A stretch of 64,000 nt of DNA, taken from contig OZ234493.1 in the NCBI GenBank assembly GCA_965153455.1, positions 26,340,213-26,404,212 on the forward strand, given 5' to 3'. The position numbers and the translations under genes were made by a program. The notes beneath the pieces were generated by a model. That model was not told the origin of the DNA, did no database searches, and saw only the letters and a list, made by a program, of their open reading frames with translations. Shown one piece after another: positions 1 through 13,470 of the stretch (position 1 is the first letter of the stretch; every line of letters begins with the position of its first letter). The stretch is from Sphagnum compactum (Eukaryota).

Positions 1-575
1 TTTGTGTCATTCATATTTACCTATTTCAAACCTAATTATTAAAAACCTACTCATTCATATGCACATGAAAAGACACATGTTATGTGCCTTTTTATGTCTA
101 CGTTATCTATGTTATGAAACCTTTGAATTTTTTTATTTTTTTTATGCGAGAAATTGAAACAACAATTAGATATGATCATGAGGAACTAAAACAAGTCAAT
201 ATGATAATGAGAAACAATAAAACAACCAAAAATAAAAATTAGATATAAATTTAATAAACATCTAAAATCATCATGCATGCACATGGTGATGGCTTTCTCA
301 CTTTCATATTGTAACACGTCTCTTGACTAGTTCAATTGGGAAAAAATGAAATGCAAATTGATGCAAAAAGTATTGAAAATATAATCATCATTTTCAATAT
401 TTGTGATTATGGTATTGAATAAAAGACATTTTTCCATTCAAATTAAAACAAATTCCAAATTGAAATATATTATGATAAAATGAGACAATTAATGAAGCAC
501 CTTCAAGATTTATTTGATCTAGAAGATTCAACTAATGATTTTTTCTAGTTATTCTTAATTTGCTTTTATGTTATT

Positions 576-2780
576 GTGGGGTGTATCCCTAGGAGTATAG
601 TTAGGCCCTTTGGTGTTGCGAAGTTCTTAATTTTGACCAAACCTTCTAGTGGCAGTTGGTCGATGATAGTAGGTGAGGTTTTATATTTGTTATTGAATGT
701 GATTTTTTGCCTTGAGTTTCATAATGCATTGTTAATCCACCTATCCCCACATGATTTCGGGGTTGTAATTAAGGGATGTTGTGAAACAATGGTGCAAGGT
801 ATTTTGGCAACTTCAGATGTTCACCTTGATTGAGTGGTGTTCTAAGTAGACATTGCAAATGCCTTCAACACTATTTCATATAAGGTTATATTCTAGGAGT
901 TGCATGTTATAAGTAGGTAGTTGTCTCAGCTCATACCTCTCATTTGTTCTTTTATGCCCCACATCTTTTTATTTTCTTTAGTCATCGTTCCCTTCAATGT
1001 GACTTATATATTATTCAATCTTCCATTAGCACCCATTAAGGGGATTCGTTAGATGGTCATCTTTTTGCTTTAACTCACTTTTGCACCTTTCATAACTCAC
1101 CTGGCCTTTTCCTGTTTTGTTCGTTTCCTTCCATTGTAAATGACAACCACATCATTAGGCTTATTTTAGTTGTATCTCAGGCATTTCATCATTTTTCTTA
1201 CCAATTAGATTTGGTAAACCTTGTTGTTTAGCACCGCAAATGTGCTATTTGGTTTCTTTCGGGGTCGCCACTACAGTTTTTGCTTCCATCAGGTTTCTAT
1301 ATCCCTGTTGGAGGCATTAGGCTTTTGGGTGTTCCCTTGGGATCCTTTTCTTTCACATTGTTTTTCCTCCAAGATGTTTTGAACGATTATGTTCAGCGTA
1401 TCTATGCCCTTCCTAGGTTAGGGAATGTGTAGTGGCATTTGAGGTTTTCATTTGTTGTTTTGCCCACAAGCCTTATTACCTTTTTTGTTTTTCACCCCAT
1501 TCTCGGATTTTCAATGCCAATTATCTTCCTTTGATTCGACCCTCATTAACGTATTTGGGAGATTCTTAAGGCTAGGTTTTTAAGACTATGCAGAAGCTCT
1601 TTTAGTTCATCAACAAGCTTTTTTTCCCATTTCTAGAGGTGGGATCTGAGGTCTTGTTTTTGTGAAGGTTATCACTTCAGTTGCGTATTTGGGGAACTAA
1701 AAGCTTGTTGTCTTAATCATTGCATTTAAATTCTTGCAAAACGAGTGCCCATTTTTATTGGGGGCTATAGGGGCTAGTAGTTTAGGTCCATTTTCCATTC
1801 TAGGTTCACCTTAGGTGGGTTCGTGATCTTCTACTTCCAACTACTTATATTTGCATCCCCCCATTTGAACAACTATCAGAGAAAAGGAGCGAATCGTTTT
1901 CAAAAGAACATTTTTGGAGAGTGTGCACGAACACTCATTTTTTAACATCATTTTAAAATTGTCTTTTGATTATTATTGCATTTGGTTGAAATCTTGTGTA
2001 GGCCGAGGTTCGGGTGTTTGGCTTTCTACCCACTATGTCATCACATCTTTTCGAATGGCCTCTAATATTTTTTCTTTGATATTACACACCAGATTATGCC
2101 TCCCCCCATCCTACGACTTGTGGTCTTTCTTGATGCATATGTAGGTAACCCATAAATTTGACAAGGATACATTTATTTCATTGTGTTCATGGGAAGAGCA
2201 CACTGCCACACATGATGTAGTTCGAAATTTTTTCACCTGTTTTGTGTCATGTCTCACGTGAACAAACTCAGGTTTTCCGAACGCCACTTCTACAGTCATC
2301 ATGACAACGAATGGATATTGTGCTTATATTAGATGGTATTCACATTTTGGTAGACGTCATCATTGTTGATTTGATTTGTGTAAATCTTGTTTCATGAATT
2401 GTTTCTTTTCAAGGACTAGTCACAACGATTATAGCTTAGGCAAAGGTTGTGTCATATCGTCATTGACACCTTAAGGATAATTTTATCCCTTTAGCGATAG
2501 AGATATTTGAATGTTTACACCAGTAGGCTCATGATTTTTTTCATTGATGTGGCAACATGGCATGGTCAATGAAGGGCTTTTGAGGTCTCAGCTTTTGATT
2601 TTATGTTCATTTTGTAGCCAAAGGATGTTTATGAATCTTTCAGAGAGTTCAATCTGTCACTATCTTGCGACAGACAATTATAATAACTGAAAATGTTTCT
2701 TCCAAGCTTGGTGTTTTAAAAAAAATTCGCCCATCTCCTTGGACGGCTTGCTTTGTGCTATTGGTGATGGGTTTAGGTCA
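576..2780 (+). mobile_element. Decayed non-LTR retrotransposon with RT, zinc knuckle and restriction-like endonuclease (CRE/R2-type RLE group)
   Basis: Read across frameshifts and stops. RT motifs: KPSSGSWSMIVGEVLY (KPxGGIRPIAVGE-like), PHDFGVVIKGCCETMVQG, VDIANAFN (~847), a QGDPL-like segment (~1035), SIVNDNHI (YADD equivalent, ~1130) and GIRLLGVPLGS (~1312). Then C-x-C...H...C-x-H (~2135-2215), an MDIV...VDV nuclease motif (~2311-2360) and FIPLAIEIF (~2480). Confidence 0.8.
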
Positions 2781-3397
2781 TAGGTTTCTTGATTTCTCTT
2801 GTTAGGGCTCCCCTTCGTGGGTTTTGTGATTTTGGGTGTGGTCTTTTGTTGGCCTTGTCTACGAAATATGATATTGTGTTTAAATTCATTATAGAGTATA
2901 GTAGCTTAAGGGATTTTGGCTCCTATGTAATAGGTCTATTTTTATATGAAGACTTTTGAAAGATGATATTTTGGATTGTGTTTAAACTTGAGATTATAGA
3001 GTTATAATATCTTGAAGGATTTGGGTTTCTTTTAGAGGATTTTTTGAAGATTCTATATTTGCATGGTGAAATAGTTAAGTTTTCATAATTCTTCTTTTGC
3101 CTTAAGATACTTTTTAATGAAAAATGGCAAGGCCATAGTGTGACACACCCCTTGTTTGGATATTGGTCCTTTCTTTTTTCTTCTCTTGTTCCATTGCTGG
3201 GTGTTTTTCCTTTATTTATTTATTTATTTAACCTTAAACCTATCTTAGCCTAGGCCAGCTCCTGTGTTAGCATCGTCCCTGGAATTATATTGCAAAGCTT
3301 TTCAACAAACAAAAGTGGAAATGATTAGGTACTAGCGCAGTTTGCCCTTCCTTGGGGCCTCCGCTCTTCGTTCGCGCTTCTTCAGCAGCAGCTTGAG

Positions 3398-6053
3398 ATG
3401 GCCACCGCTGCTGCTCTCTCGTTCTCCTTGTCACGTCTGCACGCCCGACTGTCGTTACGATCTTCTGTTTCCGGTAGGATACTACTCCTCCGCATATGTA
3501 GAGTTGGACTCTGCATGTGGCGAGGCGGAGTCATGATGCTGATGAGTGCGGTTTAGATCTTTTCCAACTGTGTCTGTTTCTTCCCTTTATTGCTCTTTGC
3601 TGAAAGTCGGAGATTGGGCGAATTGCCGCTTGATTTGCGTTCGGTAATTTGAGTCTTTTCTCCCGATCGTGGGAATAAAACTGAGAGGATTAGCATTTTC
3701 GTGAATTTGTTTTGCAGATGCTGCAGTACCAGCAGCAGCAGCAGCTGCAGTAGTAGTGCAACAAGGGAAAGGCGTTGTACGGTTCCGTCCTTGCATTGAC
3801 ATTCACAAGGTACCTCTATGTCTGAACCCTCTGCTTACAACCTCGCGCATTGAGTTTTAGAGAATAAGCATCGGAGCTTCTTGTATCTGAAGGTGTTGCA
3901 ATTTATAATAAACAAGCAAACAATAGAATTGATTTGGCTATTGCAGGGGAAAGTGAAACAGATTGTGGGATCCACATTGCGGGACTTGCCGCCACATGAC
4001 GACGAGGATTCTGGAACGGCGGCGGCCGCGCCACTCATCACCAATTTTGAATCAGAACGATCAGCCGGTGAGTTTGCCGAAATGTACAAGAACGATGGCT
4101 TACATGGTGGCCATGTTATCATGCTCGGGGCGGACCCTGCCAGCCACTCTGCTGCTTTGGAAGCTTTGGCAGCCTTTCCAGGCAAGTAGCTCACCTTTGT
4201 TCTCTTTGTCATGTGAAGGACTCTTCCAAAATGGAGGTTATGAACTTGTTAGTTTTCCATGGCAGAAGCTTGATGGTGGTTCATAATGTAGTATTAGGGT
4301 TTGACGCCAGAGCCTACAACCCTATTTCTCTAGTTTCGCTTCTCCTTTTCTCTCTTTTGTTCAGATAGAAGAAGCTTAATAACAAGAATGCAGGTGGGCT
4401 GCAAGTTGGTGGAGGTGTAAATCTGGAAAATGCAAAGCTGTTCTTGAGTGCTGGAGCAAGCCATGTTATTGTCACTTCGGTGGGGATCAATTATCTTCCA
4501 TTTTCTCAGTTTCATAGTTTGGGGTGAATCATGTTGCAGCTTTTTGGTTCTGTATGTCCAGACTTAAGATTTTATCATGCATCATATTGCCATATTGCCA
4601 ACAAGAAGTTGTGCTGGGACTTTTTGTATTACTATGAGACAGTAGCTAAGCTGGAAGAATCTTAAGCAGTATTGACAAATCTGGAAACTTGGATCTGTCA
4701 ACTGGCCAATTGGCAGCAAGTGTTGGTCCATAGTCATAAGCCCTAAACCTTAAGGGTCAACTTCTCTGTGATCAAATGTTGGTTGTATTTGTGGTTCAGT
4801 TTGTGTTCAAGGATGGAAAGATGGATGCCGAGAGGTTGAAGCAGTTAGTGGATTTGATAGGGAAAGAGAGGCTGGTCTTGGACCTCAGTTGCAGGAAAAA
4901 GGTAAAGCAGCAAGCTGTATCTCACTGTGAGGTTTGTCTGTCTTGTATAGCATATGGATGCTTACAAACAATCTGACCAGGATGAGAGGCAAACAGAGAT
5001 GCAGGATGCTTTGCATGACGTTTTGAAGTACTTAGTGCTACACTCCATGTGGCTGCAACAACCTTTCCGTATCTGTGATTATGTGCATATTTCTTAGTCT
5101 GGAAGGATGTGAATATGCTTGTGGGGCAGGATGGTCACTATATGGTTGTTACAGACCGTTGGCAGCGCTTCAGTGACCTTGCCTTGAATGAGGCCACCTT
5201 GGCCATGCTTGCTGCTTCTGCTGATGAGTTCCTAGTGCATGGTGTTGATGTTGAGGGCATGAGGTATGACTCTTGGCAAAATTTGTTATGAGATAATACT
5301 TCAATGTGATCATGCATCCACAGATTCATAACTAAATGGTGATGAAGTGCAGTGGTCACAGCTTTCAAGTTCACATGAGACAGATTTTTTTTCTGTGAAC
5401 AGAAACTTATTGTCATGTGAATTTGGCAGGCTTGGAATTGATGATGAGCTTGTAAGCATCCTTGGAAAGTGGTCACCGGTATGTTTGCTCCCATTGCCTC
5501 TTTGGATAATCTTGCAAACAGTTTATGTCAGGTGATAAGTCAGGCACTTGTCATGGATTGCTGCAAGAACTTGAAATCAAGCTCTTGTGTTGGAAAGTTA
5601 CTTGGTATGACTGTCTGGATTGGTCAATGATCTCTGACTCACAGAATCCTTATGTACTTCAGTTTCTATCTGCAGTTTATTGTTGACCATTCAAGCTTGC
5701 ACAAAGCTAACCAATCCAGTTGTCTCTTAAAGTCCTCCAAAACTGTTGGACTCAAAGATGTGTTTTATTTGACAGCCAAGGTCAAAAACATCTGTTGTCC
5801 TTTCTATCCCCACTGAGACTTCATCATCACTGGATGTTTATAACTTGAATAATTGCTTTTGTGCAAATTGCTCCAGATTCCAGTGACATATGCTGGGGGA
5901 GTGAACACTCTGGCAGACCTTGAGAGAATCAAGAGTGCTGGTTTTGGAGGTGTTGATTTCACTGTTGGAAGTGCTCTCGACATCTTTGGTGGTGACTTGC
6001 AATACAGGGATGTGGTCAGTTGGCACAATCAACAGCTGGTAGCAACCCAATGA
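3398..6053 (+). CDS. HISN3: ProFAR isomerase (HisA/HIS6 family), chloroplastic, ~316 aa
   Basis: Exons 3398-3473, 3718-3809, 3947-4181, 4394-4479, 4800-4901, 5130-5263, 5430-5478, 5877-6053 join in frame (951 nt). Motifs [72 protein letters not shown]. Ala/Ser-rich N-terminal transit peptide. Confidence 0.95.
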
Positions 6054-6949
6054 ACTTCAAACATGGAGAACTCTTGTGGATGTAACTTCTTGCTTATCAT
6101 GAATGAGCAAACAACCCCATACTCATCATAACAAGGGAGTTGAAAATTGGTCTGAGCTTTTCAAAGAAAATTTCTACTGATCACTCCAAAGGAATTGCAA
6201 CTTGAGGATGTTGATGAGCTTTGCATCAGAAGGAGCAGGTTGGTGTTCTCCATAGCCACCATGTAGTTGAGTTTGCACAACAGGTTAAGCGATCAATATT
6301 TTAAGTGTCAGCTAAATGGCTACCAACAGTAAGCCACTAGGACAGTGGGGTCATTACTTGGATTCAAGTGAAGGGCAGAGAACAATCTGAGATCAAACAG
6401 TTCTTGATGAGGATGTGAAGACATTCTCTCAGTTAAAAGGAAAGTGGTTGAAATTGGACCACCCTACTTTGAACTGTATCTTGGATTTAAGCGCAACGTC
6501 ATTATTTGTGTTGATAACCATCAAGCATTCACCTGTGAATCCTGTGACTGCACTTCAACAACCAAAGTCCCCCCCAGAGAAGTAATGCATGTTCTGAATC
6601 TGATTCTCCTGTATACTTTTGAGAGAAAAGAATCAACGAATGTCAAAAGAGATCATGAGGAAATGAATCACTGTCCACTATGCACAAGCAGTGCTTTTGT
6701 CTTATTGTGTGATGTTAGTCATGTTTGGGGTGAAAACATGTCATTTCAATTTGTAAAAGAATAATCTGGAAGTTAGTTTTGTGGCCAAGAATGCTACGAT
6801 GCAGCAACTACTATATGGTCTGACTAGATGGAAATGTCATAGTTCTTTTTGATCCCTGTTTATTTGTATTTGTTGTTTAAAGACTGGTCACTCCACTGGT
6901 TGAGAGCTCTTCTGGTTGTTGTTTCTTTGTATTTTTATCAGCCGCAGTG

Positions 6950-8625
6950 CCTTGCTGTCACACGGTTGTACAACAACTAATCTGTTGCAGTCACAGGTCC
7001 AAGTGATGTTGCGTTGATTGAATGATGTGCATTGGAGTTGCCTGCAATTTTTGAGCCAAAGATGGGGGGAATTCTTAGGAAATCAATGCATGGTCTTCCA
7101 TCGTCCCATGAGAGCCCATGCCACACCAGGGTCAAACCTTCTTATGCCCCAAACAATAAGAGTAACCGTTAAATTTCTGCATCCAGTGGTGCAGTTAAGG
7201 GCTTCTGTTGATGGTGGACACCTTGGCCTGTCCTTTGCACCTGTCTTTTGGTCATAGAGGGGTGCAGATGTAGAGTTTTAGGGACCTGGAGCCTTCCAAA
7301 GTGCTTGTTTCTTGTTGCAATGAACTGGAATCAAGAGTTGACCTTTTTTGAGTTCATGAAAGTCATTGAGGTTGCAGGGTTTACAGCAAGTACTTTGTTG
7401 TGTACCAGAGTCCTTAATATTGTCCTGATCTGGGGTCTGTTGCAATCATAATCGTGAGCCCTAGATCTTTTAGGTTTTGGAGCAGGAATTGCAGAGATTT
7501 TTTGGGTGAAATGACAGGATTGAGAGAAGTGACAGAATGAAATACCATTTGCAAAGCTTGGTACACTGGTCCTCCTAAGACCATTGAGCAAGCCCTTGGC
7601 TATCTGGTTGAAGCAGCAGGTGGTACACCACCCTTGATTCTGTGACAATGTCATCAATTTGTGCAGGTTTCTTACATGTTGCTTCTGCTTGATTGTGTCA
7701 TCAATTATGTTCTTGAACAGAATTTGGCTTGCATGCTGCAATTCTTGCATTGCTTCTTGTGCAGGATCACTTACAGCATGTGCTTTCAACAAATTGAGGC
7801 ATGCTTCTATGAATGTTTTCTTCACCCACACCTTGACTTCTTTACATGGGTCTGATCCCTATCCAAGGCTATGCCTTCACAACTGTTCGTTCCTTTATTT
7901 ATGCATGTCTTGAAAATTCATTGCATAGATCCAAGACTCTCAGTCTTCACCACATGGATCCAGTAATATGATATCGAGGACTGATTATGCAAAGCAAGGC
8001 CCACTTTTTTCGGGGAATTGGAAGCTACAACACTCATAGACTCCCTTGTAGACTAGCACAGTGGCTAGAAACTTCTCAGGTGGGCTTTGGTTCATTTCTC
8101 TTGATCTGAAAGGTTTCTGTGTCTCAGAAGAGACTAGCTTACAACTATTGCAGGCAGAAGGAGCTAATCTGAGAATTTTACTGCATTGTTTCACTCAATC
8201 TGTGGACAAGGCTTATGTCAGCAGCAATAAACCGATGAAGTAGAGACGCATTGGAAGATTATGGAAGTTTGTGAATTGCAATCTGACAATGCACTACAAG
8301 GATTCAACTTTGGCAGTACCAATTCTAACTGTTCAAAAGAATATGAGATGCCTAGATCACTACTGAAGATGCTAGGCTTTGGGGAAGTTGTGGCCATTAA
8401 TGTCCAGTGAGAGGTTGCTCTCGTGCCACAGTAAATGGATGTGCCCTCAGTTGTAAGTCTTCTACTGATACAAGAGCTGCTTGAGAGGTGTAGATTTAAA
8501 AATCACAGGTTGCATGTGAATTGGCAAAGTTGCATCTATGGCCCTGTAACTGATGTTGAGATACAACCTCTGACTGAAGAAAGTGCGGTACAAAGAGCTT
8601 CAGTCATTTTCAAGACTCCATAAGG
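6950..8625. pseudogene. Unidentified decayed coding-like region
   Basis: Gene-like base composition. Long + strand frames are broken by single stops (e.g. RVYSKYFVVYQSP*YCPDLGSVAIIIVSPRSFRFWSRNCRDFLGEMTGLREVTE*NTICKAWYTGPPKTIEQALGYLVEAAGG; MPRSLLKMLGFGEVVAINVQ*EVALVPQ*MDVPSVVSLLLIQELLERC). Family not recognised. Confidence 0.3.
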
Positions 8626-9584
8626 GTGTCATCTTGCACATGTAGTTAGCACTTTTACCAAAAGAAAATGTTCTAAGGTAATGTAATATGAGGGTATTAG
8701 GAGCAAGCAATGGCATGCTCAAGCACATTTAGGTTGCTTGTTTCAACACTGTATTGATAGGTCAATATGGCAGACAAGGATTTGCTCATTCACTCTTTTT
8801 CTTCACTGGTTATAACATTAAAATTGTGCTCAAAATCATTGGAACTTACAAATGCTTCAATTGTGTTTGAGAATATTTTATACTCAGGAGTTAAGAAATT
8901 ATATTCACAAGTGTAATGCTCTTGCAAACTCAGCAAAACCCTAAATGCATCCCCTGCTCCCCACCCCCTTTTTTTCTCATTTCTCCATCCGATTCCCAAT
9001 AGTTTATTCCAGATCTCAAAATTATGCTTTTTCATGTTATGTAAAATATATGATAACATGGACATGCAAGGGCAAATGTAAAATTGTCTTTTCATAGCCA
9101 TGTAAGTGGGTATAAAGGGAAAGGAGTGAAAATAGTCAGGTTTGGAAAAAGTAAGTTGAGATGGCACATGTGGGTAGGAGAAAGGTGTGAAGAAGTTAGG
9201 CTTGGAAGAGGTAAGTTTAGATGGTTAGGCCTGGAAAAAATTAGTTCAGATTGCATAGACAGATATCTTTTTTTTTTCAAGATTAAATTTATTAAAAAAA
9301 ATCCAAATAAAACACACATTAAAAAACTTAATACACCACTAAAACCAACCATGGTTTAAACCCTAACCCAACCATGTAGGATAAACACTGGGTTAGGGTT
9401 TTTGTATTGCAATATATTGCATGGTCAGATGATCCTCTCCCCTCATCCCCAGTCACATGGTACCAAGTTTTAGTTCTCTGTAATTTGAGGTCACACTGAA
9501 CTGAACTGAACTGAACTGCTTCTTATTACCACAGGTGGTTTGACATCTGTAATCTGCTGCTGATTTGGCAGGTTTACTTTCAGG

Positions 9585-10965
9585 CTATGGCAGCTTTGAG
9601 CTGAGAGATCTCAAAACTGTGTGAGTATCAGGGAGAGCAGGAATTGCACCTCTCTCAGTGGTAGTGATAGCCCCACAAGCATTAGCAAATTGCAGAGCCT
9701 GTCTCAATCTGGCCTCATTCTGGAGCAAGCTGAAATCCTGGACCAGCTTGCTCAAAAGGCCTGCAACAAAAGCGTCCCCTGCACCAGTGGTATCAACAGC
9801 CTGCACCTGGAGTGAGGCCACCTTACCTTTGAAGCTTGGGGTGTAGTAGCGACAGCCATCAGCCCCATAGGTGACCAACAAGAGCTTTAGATCTGGATGC
9901 CAGAGGCAATTCAGCACAGTCTCATCATCATCATCATCGAGAACAGCGGCAGCAGTTTGGACATGATCTGCATCAGATGCAGCAGCAGGGGTGGAGGAGC
10001 TGCAGCTAGATGTCAAGAACTTGACCTCTTCATCACTGACTTTGATGATGTTGGCTTGTTGCCAGATGCTCATGATCCCTGCTCGTGCAGCTGCAGCAGA
10101 TGACCAGAGTGGGAGACGCAGGTTAGGATCGTAGGAAAGCACCACGTTTGCTTCCTTTGCTATCTTCAAAGCCGCCAAATGGGTGGACCTGCAAGGCTCT
10201 GAAATCAGGCTGATTGATCCGTAGTGGAAGATCCCGGCACTGCTGATGAGCTCACTGTCCAATTCTCCTGGTACCTGCAGCAGTGCACAATGTTAAAACA
10301 CTTGTTACAAATCTTTAGAGCTAGCTAGCTGCTGGAACTGCGTTAGCTGATCTAGACCGGCAGCATCCAAATCTGCAAAGGATGATCTGCAAGGATCAGA
10401 AATGATGATCTGCAAAGGACTGATGATTACGGCATGCATGCAAGGATCAGACATCTTGATGATGGAGATCTACAGTAGTTCTAGAGGAGATGATCTGATG
10501 ATGAGTTGTTGTTGTTGTTGTTACCATGAGCATATCGGCAGATGGATTTCGGTAGAACATGAACTGACGCTCTCCGTCGCTGCGAAGAGAGACGAAGGCC
10601 AGAGCCGTTCGCGCCTGCGACTCGAAACGGACACCGCGTGTCTCCACCCCGTGTTTCTTCAGCACTTTAACGAGCGCGTATCCGAACTCGTCATCCCCTA
10701 TCTTGCCGATGAACGCGGCGTTGCCGCCTAGCTTGCAGATGCCCACCGCGACGTTGGCCGGGGCTCCGCCTGGCGCAGGCTTGAAGGCCGGCACGTCGCC
10801 CAATGCGAGGCCGCACACCGTTGGTACGAAGTCGACCAGCAGCTCCCCGAAGCACACCACCTGATTAGTACTGAATTTTTGCTGCTTAGTTTCGTGATCC
10901 TCCGCCGCTGCCACAGCTCCAGCAGCAACAGGCTGCATCAGATGATCACAAGCTGTCGCCGCCAT
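9585..10965 (-). CDS. FRK: Fructokinase (PfkB family), ~376 aa, two coding exons
   Basis: Exons 10965-10525 and 10274-9585 (GT-AG, phase 0). Motifs [53 protein letters not shown] and the PfkB signature DTTGAGDAF. Confidence 0.95.
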
Positions 10966-11046
10966 ATGAAAAACTCGTGTCGAAAAAACGCAGTTCGGAT
11001 GTAATTCCTAGGATATCACTTAATTCAGATCCCAGTACAAGAGTCT

Positions 11047-11188
11047 CTGCAAAAACAGACCAACAATTCACATGACTAGCATTTAAAACAACGGCATGCA
11101 TGCATGCTGCGGGAAGACAACAACCAAACGTCCCAGCAGATAGATATTGCAAAAGATTGTTCAACAACGACAAGCAACTCTGCTCTAT

Positions 11189-11220
<32 letters not shown>

Positions 11221-11247
11221 CATCTCTTCTTTTCGCTCAACACTTAC
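11047..11247 (-). other. Probable 5'UTR intron of the fructokinase gene, containing a (TG)n microsatellite
   Basis: Minus-strand donor GTAAGT at 11247 and acceptor TTTTTGCAG ending at 11047, about 80 nt before the ATG. (CA)n run on + at ~11189-11216. Confidence 0.5.
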
Positions 11248-11559
11248 AGCTCCGGATTGGATCCACGAGTTCCTGAAATTCTTTCCCCAGTCTGGAAGAA
11301 TCTGTGAAAAAAAATCGTGGAGGAATTACGAGTTCGAAATGTGCGCAACTCGCGGAGCAGATTGTTGCGAGTGCAGCTCCTCTCGAGAGGAAACCGGAGA
11401 GGAGAGAGAGGCTGTCAGGGGAGACCTCTATGTGCAAGGCCCTTAAAAGAGATCGGTTCTGTGCCAGGCCCTTGAAAGGATGGGGTCGGCCCTTAATCGG
11501 ATGGAGATCATTTTGTTCTGGCTCTTACTATATAATATTTCCATTACGAGCAAAACCTT

Positions 11560-11800
11560 TTTCTGTGTATTTCCAAGGTTTTCTGGGTTTTCTAGTCACC
11601 AAATTTCGAAGAATAAAATGAAATTATTATTTTTTAAAAATTCAGATTCTATATTAAGTTTCAATTTACGTAGCCGGAATAATAAATTGGTCTTCATTTT
11701 TTTTAAAAAATTCAAAACTTTTTTATAGCTAGATTTGGCTAAACTATCTTATGGATGATTGTCCCTTCAGCGACGTCACAAAATTGAAAAGAAATGAATG
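11560..11800 (-). mobile_element. Non-autonomous (MITE-like) repeat, family with TAGCCAAATTTGGCTA core
   Basis: Reverse complement of the 53600-53670 segment; degenerate core TAGCTAGATTTGGCTA at 11726-11741. Confidence 0.55.
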
Positions 11801-13470
11801 TTGCTGCGGTGACATCACTTACACTTTTATTAGTTTCAAATAAGGCATTTTTATTTTGGAGGTAAAAATTTATAGAAATTTACAGAATAAATTTAACGGA
11901 TGAAAAATCTTGAAGATGTTGATTTGAAAAATAAGGCATTTGAGAATATAACTATTGAAATTGTTTCAATTACAAATAATTTTATTTATTTATCAGTTGT
12001 TAAATTTTATCATATTTTGAAGGGGGAAAAAAAAAAAAAAAGTTGAAATTTGATGTTCATGTCTCATTTATAATTAATTAGGTGGCAAAATTATATCCTT
12101 CAAATGCAAGGAGTACCTAGCAAATACAACAAGTGACTTCCGTAGTGTATTTGTTGGCTTTTGGGTAATACTTTATATCTCTTATGATCAACATGATCTA
12201 GTAGCAAGCTGATCTCCCAACTAAAGTTAGGTACTTGTTTGAGATGAGCTTTGTGATATGTTTTATCTTCATGACATGCAATTGTGTCCATCTCACAGTT
12301 TTTTTCTTTTTCTTTTTTCAATTTTTTAAAATTGAGAAGTGGGCAAATTTTTGCAAAAAAATTAGCAAAATCAATCGAATTTACACTAGAAACTCTAAAT
12401 TTTCTCCCCCAAAAACTCAAATTTTTTGTTGAAAGAGCGACCAAATGTGTCAAATGAAAATGGCCAGTCCATCTAACTTTTGGGTTTGCAATTATTGGCT
12501 TATGTTTGATATGATTTTTATCATGCAGATTGCAATCGATCTTTTATCTGATCTTTGCAATTTGACATCCCTTTCCATAAGCTTCAGGTGATTTGGATGA
12601 GTGATTCTTCACTTGACACAAACCACTATCAATGTATTATTGTCATAAAAGAATTGAATTCACATCAATCTATCCTTAATTAACTCATTGGAAATTAAAA
12701 AAAGAGTTAGTGTATGATGGGTTATGTCACACCCTTTCCATTGACTTTTAGTCAAATTACAAGGAGTTAGATATTTACAACTTGGGTTAGCGTTACCATA
12801 AAAATGATTAATTTAGTGCAACCAATTACATACCTACTCACTAACTAACGTAGGTCTTTTATTCATTAGATCATCACACCAATTCTTTTAACCATTGGAG
12901 GTTTGGAGGTTTCCACCAATATTGGGCGGGTCTTAAAAAGAGGTGAGAATCAACCAAGGTTTCAAGTCGGTTCTCACCACGAATATTTCAAGGTTTCATA
13001 ATGGATGATACCCTTTTGGAAACTCTTTTAGAAGGTCTCATTGGGTTGAGAACTGTCCATTTGAAATCCTTGCATTATATATATATTTTATACCTTTTCA
13101 AGGTATTAAAAATCATTAGGGTTAGACTATCAAGATTGTCAATAGTCAATAGATTAATGCTAGGTAGTAGGTAGGGTTAGAATATATTTCATAAAAACTT
13201 AGGGTTACTTTAAATAGGCATTGTAGAGCCATAACCACCCCTAACCCTTAACCCTTAATTTTTTTCTCTCCTCACTCTTTTTATAAGGAGAATGTTTAAT
13301 GTCTACCATTGTTGGCACCAGTCTTGGCGTGACTCAGGTGAGAGATCCACGATCTGTGGAACTTAGTCATGTCATCATGTCATGTCTGGGGTTTTGAATG
13401 TGAAAAAACTAAGGGTACTTGTCACCACGTTTCAGCACTCCCTTGGGGACTAAACATATGTATTTTTGTT

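Noticed and set aside
3835..4212. Antisense and alternate-frame ORFs over HISN3 (similar cases over FRK, RLK, GLYR2 and the LysM gene)
   Set aside because: Shadows of real exons.
7331..7831. 166-aa minus-strand ORF as a gene
   Set aside because: Non-ATG start and no recognisable motif; the opposite strand looks at least as protein-like.
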